Below, piece by piece: positions 11,165 through 20,813 of a DNA stretch of 48,005 nucleotides. This DNA comes from Polyangiales bacterium (GTDB lineage: Bacteria > Myxococcota_A > Polyangia > Polyangiales > Houyiibacteriaceae): the NCBI GenBank assembly GCA_045106895.1, contig JBGCFM010000045.1, positions 1 through 48,005 on the forward strand. The letters are read 5' to 3'. The first letter of the stretch is position 1. Each line of letters opens with the position of its first letter. The translations under genes were made by a program, and so were the position numbers. The notes under the pieces were generated by a model. It saw nothing but the letters and a program-made list of their open reading frames with translations, had not been told where the DNA came from and did not search any database.

Positions 11165-11992
11165 ATGAGCCAAGTCGAAGACCAGATCACCCAAGCGATG
11201 AGCGAGCACGGCTTCACGAAGTCCGAGTCGCGCACCTACGTCGCGCTTCTGAAAGCTCATCCCGCGACGGGTTATGAGCTCGCAGCGCGCGCTGGTGTTC
11301 CTCGTTCGGCAATCTACGCCGTGGTGAAGAGACTCGCGGCCATCGGCGCGATTCGCGCGGTTTCCAACGAGCCGAAACGATACTCACCCATCGCGCCTGC
11401 GCAGCTCATGCGCATGCTCTCACAACGCTTTACGCAGAACCTCGAATCGCTCGAGCGCTCCTTCGAGAGTCTTCGCTCCGGCGTACCCGATGCGAGCACG
11501 TGGACGCTCACCGGGTACGACGCGATTCTCGATCGCGCCGCGTCGATGATCGACGAAGCGGAGAAAAGCGTTCACCTCTCGCTCTGGGGACGTGAGGCCA
11601 CAAGGCTGAGCGAAGTGCTCGCACGAGCGACAGAGCGCGGCGTTTCCGCCATCGCGTTTTCCTTCACCACATTGCCCGACCTGAGCGCCCAGTGTCTGAG
11701 CTACGGACTCCGCGAAGAAGATCTCGCGCCGCATTGGGACCACAAGTTGGTGCTTATCACGGACCAAACGCGCGGCCTCATTGGGACCGTCGACAACAGC
11801 GAAGATGCTCGCGCGGTGGAGACCGACGAACCGGCTGTCCTCGACATGGCCATCAACAATCTCGTTCTCGACGTGACGCTCTTTGGCGAGCGCGTCGGCG
11901 AAGACACCTCCGAGGTCGTGAGCGCGTTGGCCAATCGCTTTGCGCCCATCGATCAACTCCTGAATTCCCGCCTTTCGGCGACCGCTTCGTGA
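11165..11992 (+). CDS. TrmB-family sugar-sensing transcriptional regulator
   Basis: N-terminal wHTH GFTKSESRTYVALLKAHPATGYELAARAGVPRSAIYAVVKRL...PKRYSPIAP; C-terminal PLD-like effector domain (MIDEAEKSVHLSLW, LVLITDQ). Confidence 0.9.
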   Translation: MSQVEDQITQAMSEHGFTKSESRTYVALLKAHPATGYELAARAGVPRSAIYAVVKRLAAIGAIRAVSNEPKRYSPIAPAQLMRMLSQRFTQNLESLERSFESLRSGVPDASTWTLTGYDAILDRAASMIDEAEKSVHLSLWGREATRLSEVLARATERGVSAIAFSFTTLPDLSAQCLSYGLREEDLAPHWDHKLVLITDQTRGLIGTVDNSEDARAVETDEPAVLDMAINNLVLDVTLFGERVGEDTSEVVSALANRFAPIDQLLNSRLSATAS

Positions 11993-12000
11993 GCAACCCT

Positions 12001-14085
12001 ATGACCAAACTTGACACCGATCTTCTCCGAACAAACCTCCGCTGGGCCTGGCATCGCCCCACGCGACAAGCCTTTGAGACCGCCGGTCCAGAGGCGTTTC
12101 GCGCGGCGAAAGGGAGCGTCTACGGTACGAGCGCCGCCGCTCCCGCGGCGTATGCGGAAGCCGCGAGGGCAGACCTCGAGGCGTACCTTGGAGCGCGAGA
12201 TACGTGGGGCGACGACGTCGTGCCTTCGCTTCGCTCTCGGCCCGTCGCGTACTTCTCCGCCGAGTTCGGACTTCACGAGTCGATTCCAATCTACAGCGGC
12301 GGCCTTGGTGTCCTCGCCGGCGACCACTTGAAGAGCGCGTCGGACATTGGCGCACCTCTCGTCGCCGTGGGTCTCTTCTACCGCGAAGCGTACTTCCAGC
12401 AGCGCGTCGACAAGGACGGACAGCAGCACGCGGAGTACTCGATCACGAATCGCGAGTTGGTGCCGCTTCAAGAAGTGAAGGCCAAGGATGGAAGCACGCT
12501 GACCATCGAGGTGCGGACGGACAAGGAGACGATCCGCGCGCGCGCTTGGCGTCTCGATGTAGGCCGTGTTCCGCTCTACCTCCTCGACGCCGACGTTGCA
12601 GGATCCGACGACCGAGACCTCACGGCGAACCTCTATGGCGGAGACGAGCACACGCGTATTCGCCAAGAGCTCCTCTTGGGCGTGGGTGGCGTGAAACTGC
12701 TCGCTGCACTGAACATCGAGCCGAGCGTTGTGCACTTGAACGAAGGTCACAGCGCGTTCGCCGCTCTGGAGCTTGCGCGACAGACACAAGAAGACGAAGG
12801 GGTGTCCTTCGAAGAGGCGAGCCATCGGGTTCGCTCGCGTGTTGTGTTCACGACGCACACGCCCGTCGAAGCGGGCCACGACCGCTTCTCGCCGGAGCTC
12901 GCCTGGTCGGCGTTGAGCCCGCTGGCGGCGGAGATCAACGAGCTGGATGCGCCGCATGGGTCAAACGGTCCGCCAAAGGAAGCGATTCTGGGCCTTGGGC
13001 GCGTCCATCCGAGCAACGAAGAGGAGCCGTTCTGCATGACGGTGCTGGCGCTCCGGCTCTCCTCGAAGGTCAACGGAGTCTCGGCCCTCCACGGCGAAGT
13101 AAGCCGCGCGATGTGGGGCGACGTTTGGCCCGGCAGCGCGCGTCACGACGTGCCGATTCGCCACATCACGAACGGCGTGCACGTGCCGACGTGGATGGGC
13201 GGCGAAGCAGCCACGCTCCTCGACGCGCATCTGCCCACGGGCTGGCGCGACTACCAGTGGGACGCCGGCGTTTGGGAAGAAGCGAACGCCATCAGCGACG
13301 CCTCCCTTATCGCTTGCTCCGACGCGCAGCGAGCGCGCCTTGTGACCTTCGCCCGAAAGCGCGCAGCGGCGGACGCTCGTCGACGCGGCGAAGACGAAGT
13401 GATCGTCTCGGCCATGGAGAGCGCCCTCGACCCGCATGCGCTGACCATCGGCTTCGCGCGTCGCTTCGCGACTTACAAGCGCGCGAACCTCATCTTGCGG
13501 GACCTGGAGCTGCTCCAGTCCCTCGTGGCAAACGCGGAGCGACCCGTGCAGATCATCTTCGCCGGCAAGGCCCACCCCAAGGACATCCCCGGACAGGCGA
13601 TGCTTCGCGATGTGTTTCAGGCGACGCGCAACCCACGTTTCTTGGGCAAGGTGCTCTTCCTCGAAGACTACGATATGGAAGTCGGCCGCGAGCTTGTCGC
13701 TGGATGTGACGTTTGGCTGAACAACCCACGTCGTCCCCATGAGGCGAGCGGTACCAGCGGGCAGAAGGTCATCTACAACGGTGGCCTCAACTGCTCCATT
13801 CTCGACGGTTGGTGGGCCGAGGCGTACGACGGCGAGAACGGCTTCGCCGTCGGCGGCACCAAGGCGCATTCGGACCTCGCCATCCAAGACGAACGCGACC
13901 GCGCGGCTCTCGCGGAGGTGATGCCTTTGGTCGCGTCTACTTTCTACGATGAGCGCGCGAAGTGGTGCGACATGGTTCGGCGCTCCATCGCGACGATGGG
14001 TCCGCGCTTCAACACAGACCGTATGGTTCGAGACTACGTGGAGCAGGTCTACGCCCCCACGGCCTTTGCAACGCTGGCGGGCTAG
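12001..14085 (+). CDS. glgP: Alpha-glucan (glycogen/maltodextrin) phosphorylase, GT35
   Basis: AYFSAEFGLHESIPIYSGGLGVLAGD, HLNEGH, FTTHTPV, GFARRFATYKR, AGKAHP, PLP motif EASGTSGQK, DGWW. Alternative start GTG 11989. Confidence 0.95.
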   Translation: MTKLDTDLLRTNLRWAWHRPTRQAFETAGPEAFRAAKGSVYGTSAAAPAAYAEAARADLEAYLGARDTWGDDVVPSLRSRPVAYFSAEFGLHESIPIYSGGLGVLAGDHLKSASDIGAPLVAVGLFYREAYFQQRVDKDGQQHAEYSITNRELVPLQEVKAKDGSTLTIEVRTDKETIRARAWRLDVGRVPLYLLDADVAGSDDRDLTANLYGGDEHTRIRQELLLGVGGVKLLAALNIEPSVVHLNEGHSAFAALELARQTQEDEGVSFEEASHRVRSRVVFTTHTPVEAGHDRFSPELAWSALSPLAAEINELDAPHGSNGPPKEAILGLGRVHPSNEEEPFCMTVLALRLSSKVNGVSALHGEVSRAMWGDVWPGSARHDVPIRHITNGVHVPTWMGGEAATLLDAHLPTGWRDYQWDAGVWEEANAISDASLIACSDAQRARLVTFARKRAAADARRRGEDEVIVSAMESALDPHALTIGFARRFATYKRANLILRDLELLQSLVANAERPVQIIFAGKAHPKDIPGQAMLRDVFQATRNPRFLGKVLFLEDYDMEVGRELVAGCDVWLNNPRRPHEASGTSGQKVIYNGGLNCSILDGWWAEAYDGENGFAVGGTKAHSDLAIQDERDRAALAEVMPLVASTFYDERAKWCDMVRRSIATMGPRFNTDRMVRDYVEQVYAPTAFATLAG

Positions 14086-14132
14086 CTTCTTACCCACTTC
14101 TTACATTCCGCGGGAGCGAAACGCGCTACCGT
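14086..14132 (+). promoter_or_regulatory. OmpR-type tandem direct-repeat box plus -10 element upstream of the response regulator
   Basis: CTTCTTAC-CCA-CTTCTTAC-A (14086-14105, 11-bp period), 21-nt spacer, then TACCGT (14127-14132). Confidence 0.7.
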
Positions 14133-14137
14133 GAAGC

Positions 14138-14836
14138 GTGGCTGAGAAGATTCAGGCGAGGGTGCTGGTTGTCGAAGACGAGGCACCGATCCGAGAAGGG
14201 CTCGAGGATCTCTTCGGTCAATCGGGCTTTGACGTCGAGACGAGCGCGGATGGCGAAGATGCCCTCGCGCGTTTGACGCTCGGCTCCTTCGACCTCGTGC
14301 TCCTCGATCTTATGATCCCAGGCCTCACGGGGCTCGAGGTGCTTCGACGCCTCCGTGGCGCTGAGGACGAGACACCCGTCCTGGTGCTGACGGCGAAGGG
14401 CGAAGAAGACGACGTCGTCGCGGGCATCGAAGCCGGAGCCGACGACTACGTCACCAAGCCCTTCGGCATTCGCGAACTTGTCGCGCGGGCGCGCGGACTT
14501 CTTCGGCGCCCTCGTTCGGGCGCTCGCCCGCAAGTGACCCTCGGCGACGCCCGCATCGACTTCGAAGGGCTGCGTGTACACCACGGGAAGAGCGAAGTTG
14601 TGCTCACGTCGCGTGAGGCATTTCTCTTGCAGTACCTGATGGCGAACGGACAGCGCGCGGTGCCTCGCGAAGAGCTTCTCGTGGAAGTCTGGGGCTACAC
14701 GGACGGCAGTGTTCGAACGCGGACCGTCGACGTTCATGTTCAACAGCTGCGTGCGAAACTGAAGCGAGTCCCCGGAGCCGAGAGCTGGATCGTCACGGTC
14801 CGCGGCCGCGGCTATCGCTTCTCTGGAGCGGAGTGA
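14138..14836 (+). CDS. OmpR/PhoB-family response regulator
   Basis: VLVVEDE, LLDLMIPG, LTAK, ADDYVTKPF, wHTH LTSREAFLL...VWG...TRTVDVHVQQLRAKL...TVRGRGY. Confidence 0.95.
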   Translation: MAEKIQARVLVVEDEAPIREGLEDLFGQSGFDVETSADGEDALARLTLGSFDLVLLDLMIPGLTGLEVLRRLRGAEDETPVLVLTAKGEEDDVVAGIEAGADDYVTKPFGIRELVARARGLLRRPRSGARPQVTLGDARIDFEGLRVHHGKSEVVLTSREAFLLQYLMANGQRAVPREELLVEVWGYTDGSVRTRTVDVHVQQLRAKLKRVPGAESWIVTVRGRGYRFSGAE

Positions 14837-16746
14837 AGCGTCGTCATCTATGGATCGGTGTCTTTGCGCTGGTCCCGACGCTGCTTCTCGCAGCGGGGTG
14901 GCTCGTGTCGTCCTTGCGCGCACATTCTCTGTCTCTGCGCGACCGAGAGGCGAGACTCGAGCAAGAGATTCGCAGCGTTCGTTCCGCAGTGGACGAGAGC
15001 CTTGAGGAACTCCGCGAACGCGAAGATGAGCGAGAGTTCTATCTATACAACAAGTACTACAGTCCGCCGGACGTCATCGCTCTCAACGACCCCGTTGCGA
15101 TCTCGCCCCTCGCAAGTGATCCCAGCGATGAGCGAATCCTCGGCTACTTTCAGGTCGAGCCCGGTGGTGCGATCCGGACGCCGTATACGCGTGATGAAAC
15201 AGAGCACTCGACGCGGGAAGATTCGATCCGTCGCGTCGTCGCATCAGATGCGTTTTCACAAGAGCGCATCGCAGCTGGCCGTGTCCCGCGCGGCTCCCAC
15301 ACCCGCCTGGAAGCCGCGCCGACGCAAGGGCGACCGAGCGGTCCGCTCACGACGAACCTGCGGGAGTGGGGTAACGCTGTTGCCGAAGACCTGCGACTCG
15401 CGCAGAGCGGTAGCGGGCCTGCGGAGGTGCGCGTCGTGCAGCGTGGCCGTTCCGCGCCCATCACAAACCGCTACCCCATCCAATCCGATGAGGCGCAGCA
15501 TCAGCTTCCAAGCCCACGTCGCCAAGCGGGCCCTAGCCGTCGAAACCGCCGCCCCATCGACGTAGGGCCTTCGGAGAACGCAGGTCTCATGGCGCCGAGC
15601 GACGTCACGAACGGAGCGCTCGTTCACGGGGCCATCGCCCAAAACGCAGAGGACGTTGGCTACGAGGCGATGCAGTGGACGTACCCAGACGAGAACATCG
15701 CGCTTCAGCGACTCGTACGCCACGAAGGAGTGTCCGTGGTCCAGGGCGTCTTGATGGACCTGGACCACTTGAAAGAAACGTGGATGCCAGCGCTCGTCTA
15801 CCGTCACAGCGGCGAGGAGTATGCGCCAGACATTGTCGACCGGAACGCCGAAGCGGATTGCGCGGTGCGAGGGCGCCTTAGTGAGGTGCTCCCCTTCGAC
15901 CTCTGCTTTGCTCCGAGCGCCTTGTCCGGTCTCCAGCGCGGCTTCGAAGAAGAGCTCATCCTTCAGCTCGGCATGCTCGCGGGATTGCTTCTCATCGTGC
16001 TCTTGGCCATCGGTGCGGTGACCCGCGCTTCGAACCGAGCCGAAGAGCTCGCCGCGCAAAAGAGCCTCTTCGTCTCCGCCGTTTCCCACGAGCTTCGTAC
16101 GCCCCTCACGACGATTCGTATGCACGCCGAGATGCTCGAAGAAGGGCTGGTGTCGGACAAACGCCGGCCTCAAGTGCACGATGAGTTGGCGCGCGAGAGC
16201 ATTCGCCTCGCGCGACTCGTCGACAACGTGCTGGAAGTCTCACGCCTCGAAGATGGTCAGCGTCCGATGCGTATCAAACACGGGGATCTCTGCGCCCACG
16301 TGCGAAGCGTCGTCGAGGGGCAGCGGAGGGTCATCGAGTCGAAGGGAATGCACGTCGCTCTTACGCTCCCGGACAAGGCGGAGGCTTCGTTTGAAGAACA
16401 GGCGATGGAGCAGATCCTCGTGAACCTCTTGGACAACGCTGCGAAGTATGGAGCTGGCGACGATGGCGAGCTGGAGGTCCGAGTCGATGTCGAGGACGCG
16501 CGGGTCGTTCTTCGGGTGATGGATCGGGGTGCGGGCATCCCGGAGGACCTTCAGGAGAGTGTATTTGAGCGCTTCTTCCGGGTGGACCGCGAAGAAGATG
16601 CGCACGCGCCAGGCACCGGCATCGGTTTGGCCTTGGTGCGTGAGCTAGCGCGGGCCCAGGGAGGCGAGGCGGCGATTCGCGCGCGTGAGGGTGGAGGCGT
16701 CGAGGCGGTCGTTACGCTCGTTGGTTCTGTTCGCGCAAAGGCGTGA
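14833..16746 (+). CDS. Membrane-bound sensor histidine kinase
   Basis: Two TM segments flanking a large extracytoplasmic region; H-box VSHELRTPL, N-box NLLDNAAKY, DRGAGI, FERFFR, GTGIGL; overlaps the RR stop. Confidence 0.93.
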   Translation: MKRRHLWIGVFALVPTLLLAAGWLVSSLRAHSLSLRDREARLEQEIRSVRSAVDESLEELREREDEREFYLYNKYYSPPDVIALNDPVAISPLASDPSDERILGYFQVEPGGAIRTPYTRDETEHSTREDSIRRVVASDAFSQERIAAGRVPRGSHTRLEAAPTQGRPSGPLTTNLREWGNAVAEDLRLAQSGSGPAEVRVVQRGRSAPITNRYPIQSDEAQHQLPSPRRQAGPSRRNRRPIDVGPSENAGLMAPSDVTNGALVHGAIAQNAEDVGYEAMQWTYPDENIALQRLVRHEGVSVVQGVLMDLDHLKETWMPALVYRHSGEEYAPDIVDRNAEADCAVRGRLSEVLPFDLCFAPSALSGLQRGFEEELILQLGMLAGLLLIVLLAIGAVTRASNRAEELAAQKSLFVSAVSHELRTPLTTIRMHAEMLEEGLVSDKRRPQVHDELARESIRLARLVDNVLEVSRLEDGQRPMRIKHGDLCAHVRSVVEGQRRVIESKGMHVALTLPDKAEASFEEQAMEQILVNLLDNAAKYGAGDDGELEVRVDVEDARVVLRVMDRGAGIPEDLQESVFERFFRVDREEDAHAPGTGIGLALVRELARAQGGEAAIRAREGGGVEAVVTLVGSVRAKA

Positions 16747-16940
16747 TTGAGCACGTCCGACGAGGAGCAGACTCTGCGCTCGATGGACGGCGCCTCACCG
16801 CCGACATCGGACTCGGCGTAGCTGCCGCGGGCGCGGGGGCTTTTTCTGATGAACCGCTCCGGCGACGACGAGACCAGCCGGGTTCAGATCGCGCCATGAG
16901 CCCGCACTCCGGCGGAGTGAGGCTGCTCGGCGCGTTCTGA
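16747..16940 (+). pseudogene. Frameshifted remnant of the C-terminus of a myxobacterial PEGA-type protein
   Basis: Stitching frames across two shifts gives ...RRLTADIGLGVAAAGA / GLFLMNRSGDDETSRVQIAP / SPHSGGVRLLGAF*, resembling the TM + terminal strand ending G-x-F of such proteins; no 5' part present. Confidence 0.5.
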
Positions 16941-16951
16941 GATACGCGAGC

Positions 16952-17806
16952 TCAGGGTGCCTTGCGAGGCAGGTGGGGACCGAGGTCCTGTACGTCTCGC
17001 CAGGCTTCCATGCTCGCTTGGAGCTGCTCGTGCTCCGACCATAGCTGCACCAGAACATCATCGTCGATGGCCGTCGACACCTGCCTTGAGGTCTGCGCCG
17101 CGCGTGTCGCGGATTGTAGCGCCACCACGTAGGCGTCGATCCGCGACGAATGAACACTCCGCCGAACGCCCGCCTCGTCTACTTGACGGCGAGCCACGAA
17201 CACGAGCTCGTCCCACGCGCGCGCGATCCGGGCTCGTGCGCTCTCCGAGAACCCCTCGAGCACAAAGGGATAGCGGCGGCGTATGACGAGCGCGCGCAAC
17301 AAGCTCTTTCGCGCCCGGCCCTTTGAGCGCTGAGCGAGACGTCTCAGCGAGCGGGCCACGCTCTCATCGACGGCTGGGAGGAGAGCGCTGCCGATGAGCA
17401 CGACGCCCATTAGATTTGCTGCCCAGAAGCGGACCAGGTGTGCCTGAGCGTACGCGTTACTCAGGCCGACGGCGAGGCCGCCTCCAAGCGCCGCGAGGAG
17501 GAAGATGCCCGCTCCGTGCACGCGAGAGCGTCCACCAAGAGCACGGGGAAGGAAGACGGCCGCGAAGAACACCGCGCCACCGATTTCAGGAGAGAGGGGG
17601 CTTAGCAAGACGTGCAGCGTGCTCCCGAGCGCCACCGACGCGATGCACCATGAGTCCCACGCCCCCACCAAGAGGAGCGAGACCGCGATGCCGACGCCGA
17701 CGAGGAGGAGGTCTGTCTCCAGAGCACTGTTCGTGAGAAGCAGCAGCGCAAGCGAGAATCCTGCGGCGCACAAGATGGGACAAGCGAAGCGAAGAGCGCG
17801 GGTCAC
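16952..17806 (-). CDS. Hypothetical membrane protein (about 5-6 N-terminal TM helices, Arg-rich helical C-terminal domain)
   Basis: 284-aa ORF whose GTG start overlaps the VWA gene stop; hydrophobic N-half. Confidence 0.75.
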   Translation of the reverse strand: MTRALRFACPILCAAGFSLALLLLTNSALETDLLLVGVGIAVSLLLVGAWDSWCIASVALGSTLHVLLSPLSPEIGGAVFFAAVFLPRALGGRSRVHGAGIFLLAALGGGLAVGLSNAYAQAHLVRFWAANLMGVVLIGSALLPAVDESVARSLRRLAQRSKGRARKSLLRALVIRRRYPFVLEGFSESARARIARAWDELVFVARRQVDEAGVRRSVHSSRIDAYVVALQSATRAAQTSRQVSTAIDDDVLVQLWSEHEQLQASMEAWRDVQDLGPHLPRKAP

Positions 17807-19281
17807 TGCGACCGCCGGCGTCGACTGCTGTTCGAGCTGAGGCCATGGGCTCGCCCTTGCGCGGAGCCGGCGCTGTGAGATCGAAAGTTGACTTCATCGA
17901 GAGCGAAGGCGGCCTCTTGGCGTTGGAGTTCGGGGGCAAGGTCGCGTGGTGCGGAGGCGCGCAGCGTTTCTAGACGGACTCGATTTCCTTGAGTGAGCTG
18001 CTGGGCACGAGCTGCGTCACCACCACGCCATGCTTCGACGGCCTCCCGCTGGTCTTCATCGATGGCGACGGCGTTCGCTCGTGTGTAGACGCCTTGGACC
18101 CGCGCCGCGAAGGCCTCGCCTTCGGACGCAACGGTGAGCACGCTCATCGCTTCGACGGGCACCGAGTGCACTTCCGAGTCGGCCATGGAGCGGAAACGAA
18201 GCCGCGCATCAAAGGTCTGCTCCGCGCCGACTTCGCCGGTCTGGCCACGGAGTTCGACGATGACCTTTCGGGTCTGACCTGCTGCGATCTGACCGACGGG
18301 AATCGACACAACGCCGCCTCGGGTGGTGTGCGTGACGCCAAATGTGCGGTGGACGCGCCAGCTCTGCGGGAGCGTCAGCTCTGCGACGACGTTGTCAAAG
18401 GCGGTGCTGCGGACTGACTGCAGTTCTCGCGCAAGGAAAGGCGGAAGGTCGCTCGGGCCGGCGACGAACGCGTAGTTGCCGGAACCGGCGTCCGCGACGT
18501 TTGTGAGAAAGCCTTCGTTGTAGTCGACGCCGAGGCCCATCGCAGAAAAAGCGACGCCCTGTTGAGCGTGGCGTTGGAGTTCGTTGCGGACCTGGATCGC
18601 GCTGTGCCCTGATCCGTCCTGGCCATCCGAGACGAGCACTACGCGGCGGACATAACCTGCCGGAGCAACCCGCACAGATGTAGCGCCCAGCTCGAGTGCG
18701 GGGGGGATAATCGTGCCTCCGCCCGCGGTGATGGCGTTGACGTGGGAGTGGATGGAGCGGCGAAGCTGCCGCACAGGAGTGAGCGAGAGGCGAATCTGGG
18801 CTTCCGATTCGTAGGTCACGAGGGAGAAGAGATCGTCGTCTCCGAGTTGGGCCACGATCTCGCGGACGGCCATGCGGGCTTGCTCGATTTTTTCGCCGCG
18901 CATGGAGCCGGAGGTGTCGAGGACGAGGGAGACCGCGACGGGGCTGGTACTTCCGGGTGCCGCATCGTCAGCGACGAGGTTAACCTCCGCGAAGAGTGCT
19001 CCCTCCCGTCCGGCGGGAACGGCTCGCTGACTCAGCTCGACGCTTCCGGACAGCCCGGCGGAGCGAAATGTCGTCGGCGCTACGCCCGCTGCCTCGTCGG
19101 GTACGCCGGAACGAAAACCATCAGGCCATTCTTCGGCGGGGTTCGAGTCGCCGGCGAAGTCGGCGTTTGTTGGAGCCCGTAGCAATACGACGCTGCCCAG
19201 CGATAGGGTGAGTGCGCCTAGGGCGATGAGGTGAGTGCGGCGCGATCGCGAGAGTGCACGTGTGATGCGTCGTTTTGTCAT
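17803..19281 (-). CDS. Membrane-anchored VWA-domain protein (YfbK-like)
   Basis: N-terminal TM; MIDAS DTSGSM...GGT...SDG; MGLGVDYNE; RBS GGAG upstream. Confidence 0.9.
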   Translation of the reverse strand: MTKRRITRALSRSRRTHLIALGALTLSLGSVVLLRAPTNADFAGDSNPAEEWPDGFRSGVPDEAAGVAPTTFRSAGLSGSVELSQRAVPAGREGALFAEVNLVADDAAPGSTSPVAVSLVLDTSGSMRGEKIEQARMAVREIVAQLGDDDLFSLVTYESEAQIRLSLTPVRQLRRSIHSHVNAITAGGGTIIPPALELGATSVRVAPAGYVRRVVLVSDGQDGSGHSAIQVRNELQRHAQQGVAFSAMGLGVDYNEGFLTNVADAGSGNYAFVAGPSDLPPFLARELQSVRSTAFDNVVAELTLPQSWRVHRTFGVTHTTRGGVVSIPVGQIAAGQTRKVIVELRGQTGEVGAEQTFDARLRFRSMADSEVHSVPVEAMSVLTVASEGEAFAARVQGVYTRANAVAIDEDQREAVEAWRGGDAARAQQLTQGNRVRLETLRASAPRDLAPELQRQEAAFALDEVNFRSHSAGSAQGRAHGLSSNSSRRRRSQ

Positions 19282-19328
19282 GGTCTGCTCCTTGAGGTTG
19301 CAGCCAGAATCGTCGGCTGCGTTCCTTC

Positions 19329-19375
19329 AGGTTAGGAGCGCCGCCGACGTGACGTTGTAAGGGTTGAGTAAGAAG
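19329..19375 (-). promoter_or_regulatory. OmpR-type tandem box plus -10 element upstream of the VWA operon
   Basis: Minus strand CTTCTTAC-TCA-ACCCTTAC-A (19375-19356), 21-nt spacer, then TAACCT (19334-19329); same layout as 14086-14132. Confidence 0.7.
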
Positions 19376-19403
19376 TGCTCCGCGCGAACGCGGCTCTTCG
19401 ACG

Positions 19404-20813
19404 CTACTCGCCGCACGCCGCGAGGGCGGTCACTCGAGCCCGCGCGACCCACTGCTCTCGCGCGGCGTCGACTTCGGCGACGGCGGCTTCTGCGAGGGAC
19501 TGCTCACGCTGGTTGACGACGAAGAGGGACGTCGAGCCCGCTTCGAAGCGCGTTCGCTCTGCGGCGGCAAGGCGTTCCGTAGCCTCAAGGAGCTCGGCGG
19601 TAATGGCGTACTGCTCCACGGCATTTCGTCGTGCGCTCTCGGCGTCCGCGATTCGCGCCAGAAGCTGGTCTTCGAGGAGTCTGACCTCTTCGCTGAGAAT
19701 ACGGACACGTGCCTCGGCGGCACCGAGTCGCCCTCGCGCTGTGCGCATGGCAAGCGGCATCGAGAACACAAGGCCGGCCTCGAGAACGTTCCCTCCGAGG
19801 GTTTCGCTTCCTTGACCGAAGTCACGGGAGGCGCCAACGAAAGCGTCGACGCGCGGCGCACGCTGCGCTTGGGCGAGGTCGCGGGACAGACGCGCCGACT
19901 GGAGCGAAGCGACCTTCTGTCGAAGGAGCGGATTGCAGGCGAGGGCGGTTCGCGCAGCCTCTTCGCTGCGAACGGCCGTCGCCGGTTCAGAAGGAGGAAG
20001 CGGGAGGACGCTCGGAAGTCGACTGCTTGCGGCGACATGAGGGACTCCACTGTTGTCCCGAAAGAAGAGCGAGAGAACTAGCGCGGTGCGCTCGACGGAG
20101 CGCTGCGCACTGATTTGTTTTGCCCGTCGTCGCAGAACAGAGCGACGAGCCTCAAGCGATTCGATCTCCGCGATGGCGCCTGCAGCGACTCGCGCGTCGA
20201 CCCAGCGCTGTCGGGTCTCAGCCAAGGTGAGGAGCTCCGACGCGACGCTCGCACGACGTCCCGCGGCGACCCAGGCGAAGTATGCGTCCGTCGCGGACTG
20301 ACGAAGCGTAATCGCCGTCCACTGACGGTTTTGCTCGGCAGCGTCGATGCCAATCTCCGCGCGCGTTCGCGCAGCGCGGCGAGAGTCGAGGGGGCCGTCG
20401 CGCCAAAGCGGAACACGCAGCCCGACGCGTAGCTCACCACCATCGCGTGTCTGATCCGAGTAGTAGCTCGGGTAGCTGTTCTCACCGACATCGAGCCCCA
20501 CGCGGTAGCCGGCGTAGACTTCGGCGCCCCACAGAGGTGTCGGTTGTGTGATCTCTACATCGAGCCGGCGAAGCTCGTAGTAGCCCCCGGTTCTAAGCTT
20601 TGCCGTGATATCGATGACCGGGTCGAAGCCGCCGCGTGCAGCTTGCAGCTCAGAACGGGCCCTGGACTCGTTGGCCATCGCCGCCATGACTTGGGGGTGG
20701 TGCGTCTCGGTGGACCGCCAGACGTCCTGAAGCGTGAGCTCCGAGCTTTGCCCCAATGCCACGCCGGGAAGAGTCGCGCAGGTGACGCAGAGTGCCACCA
20801 ACCAGCGCGTCAT
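19404..20813 (-). CDS. TolC-family outer membrane factor
   Basis: Signal peptide MTRWLVALCVTCATLPGVALG; HHPQV, ARGGFDP, VPLWRDGPLD, ERTRFEAGSTSLFVVNQRE; ATGA overlap with the HlyD gene. Confidence 0.92.
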   Translation of the reverse strand: MTRWLVALCVTCATLPGVALGQSSELTLQDVWRSTETHHPQVMAAMANESRARSELQAARGGFDPVIDITAKLRTGGYYELRRLDVEITQPTPLWGAEVYAGYRVGLDVGENSYPSYYSDQTRDGGELRVGLRVPLWRDGPLDSRRAARTRAEIGIDAAEQNRQWTAITLRQSATDAYFAWVAAGRRASVASELLTLAETRQRWVDARVAAGAIAEIESLEARRSVLRRRAKQISAQRSVERTALVLSLFFRDNSGVPHVAASSRLPSVLPLPPSEPATAVRSEEAARTALACNPLLRQKVASLQSARLSRDLAQAQRAPRVDAFVGASRDFGQGSETLGGNVLEAGLVFSMPLAMRTARGRLGAAEARVRILSEEVRLLEDQLLARIADAESARRNAVEQYAITAELLEATERLAAAERTRFEAGSTSLFVVNQREQSLAEAAVAEVDAAREQWVARARVTALAACGE

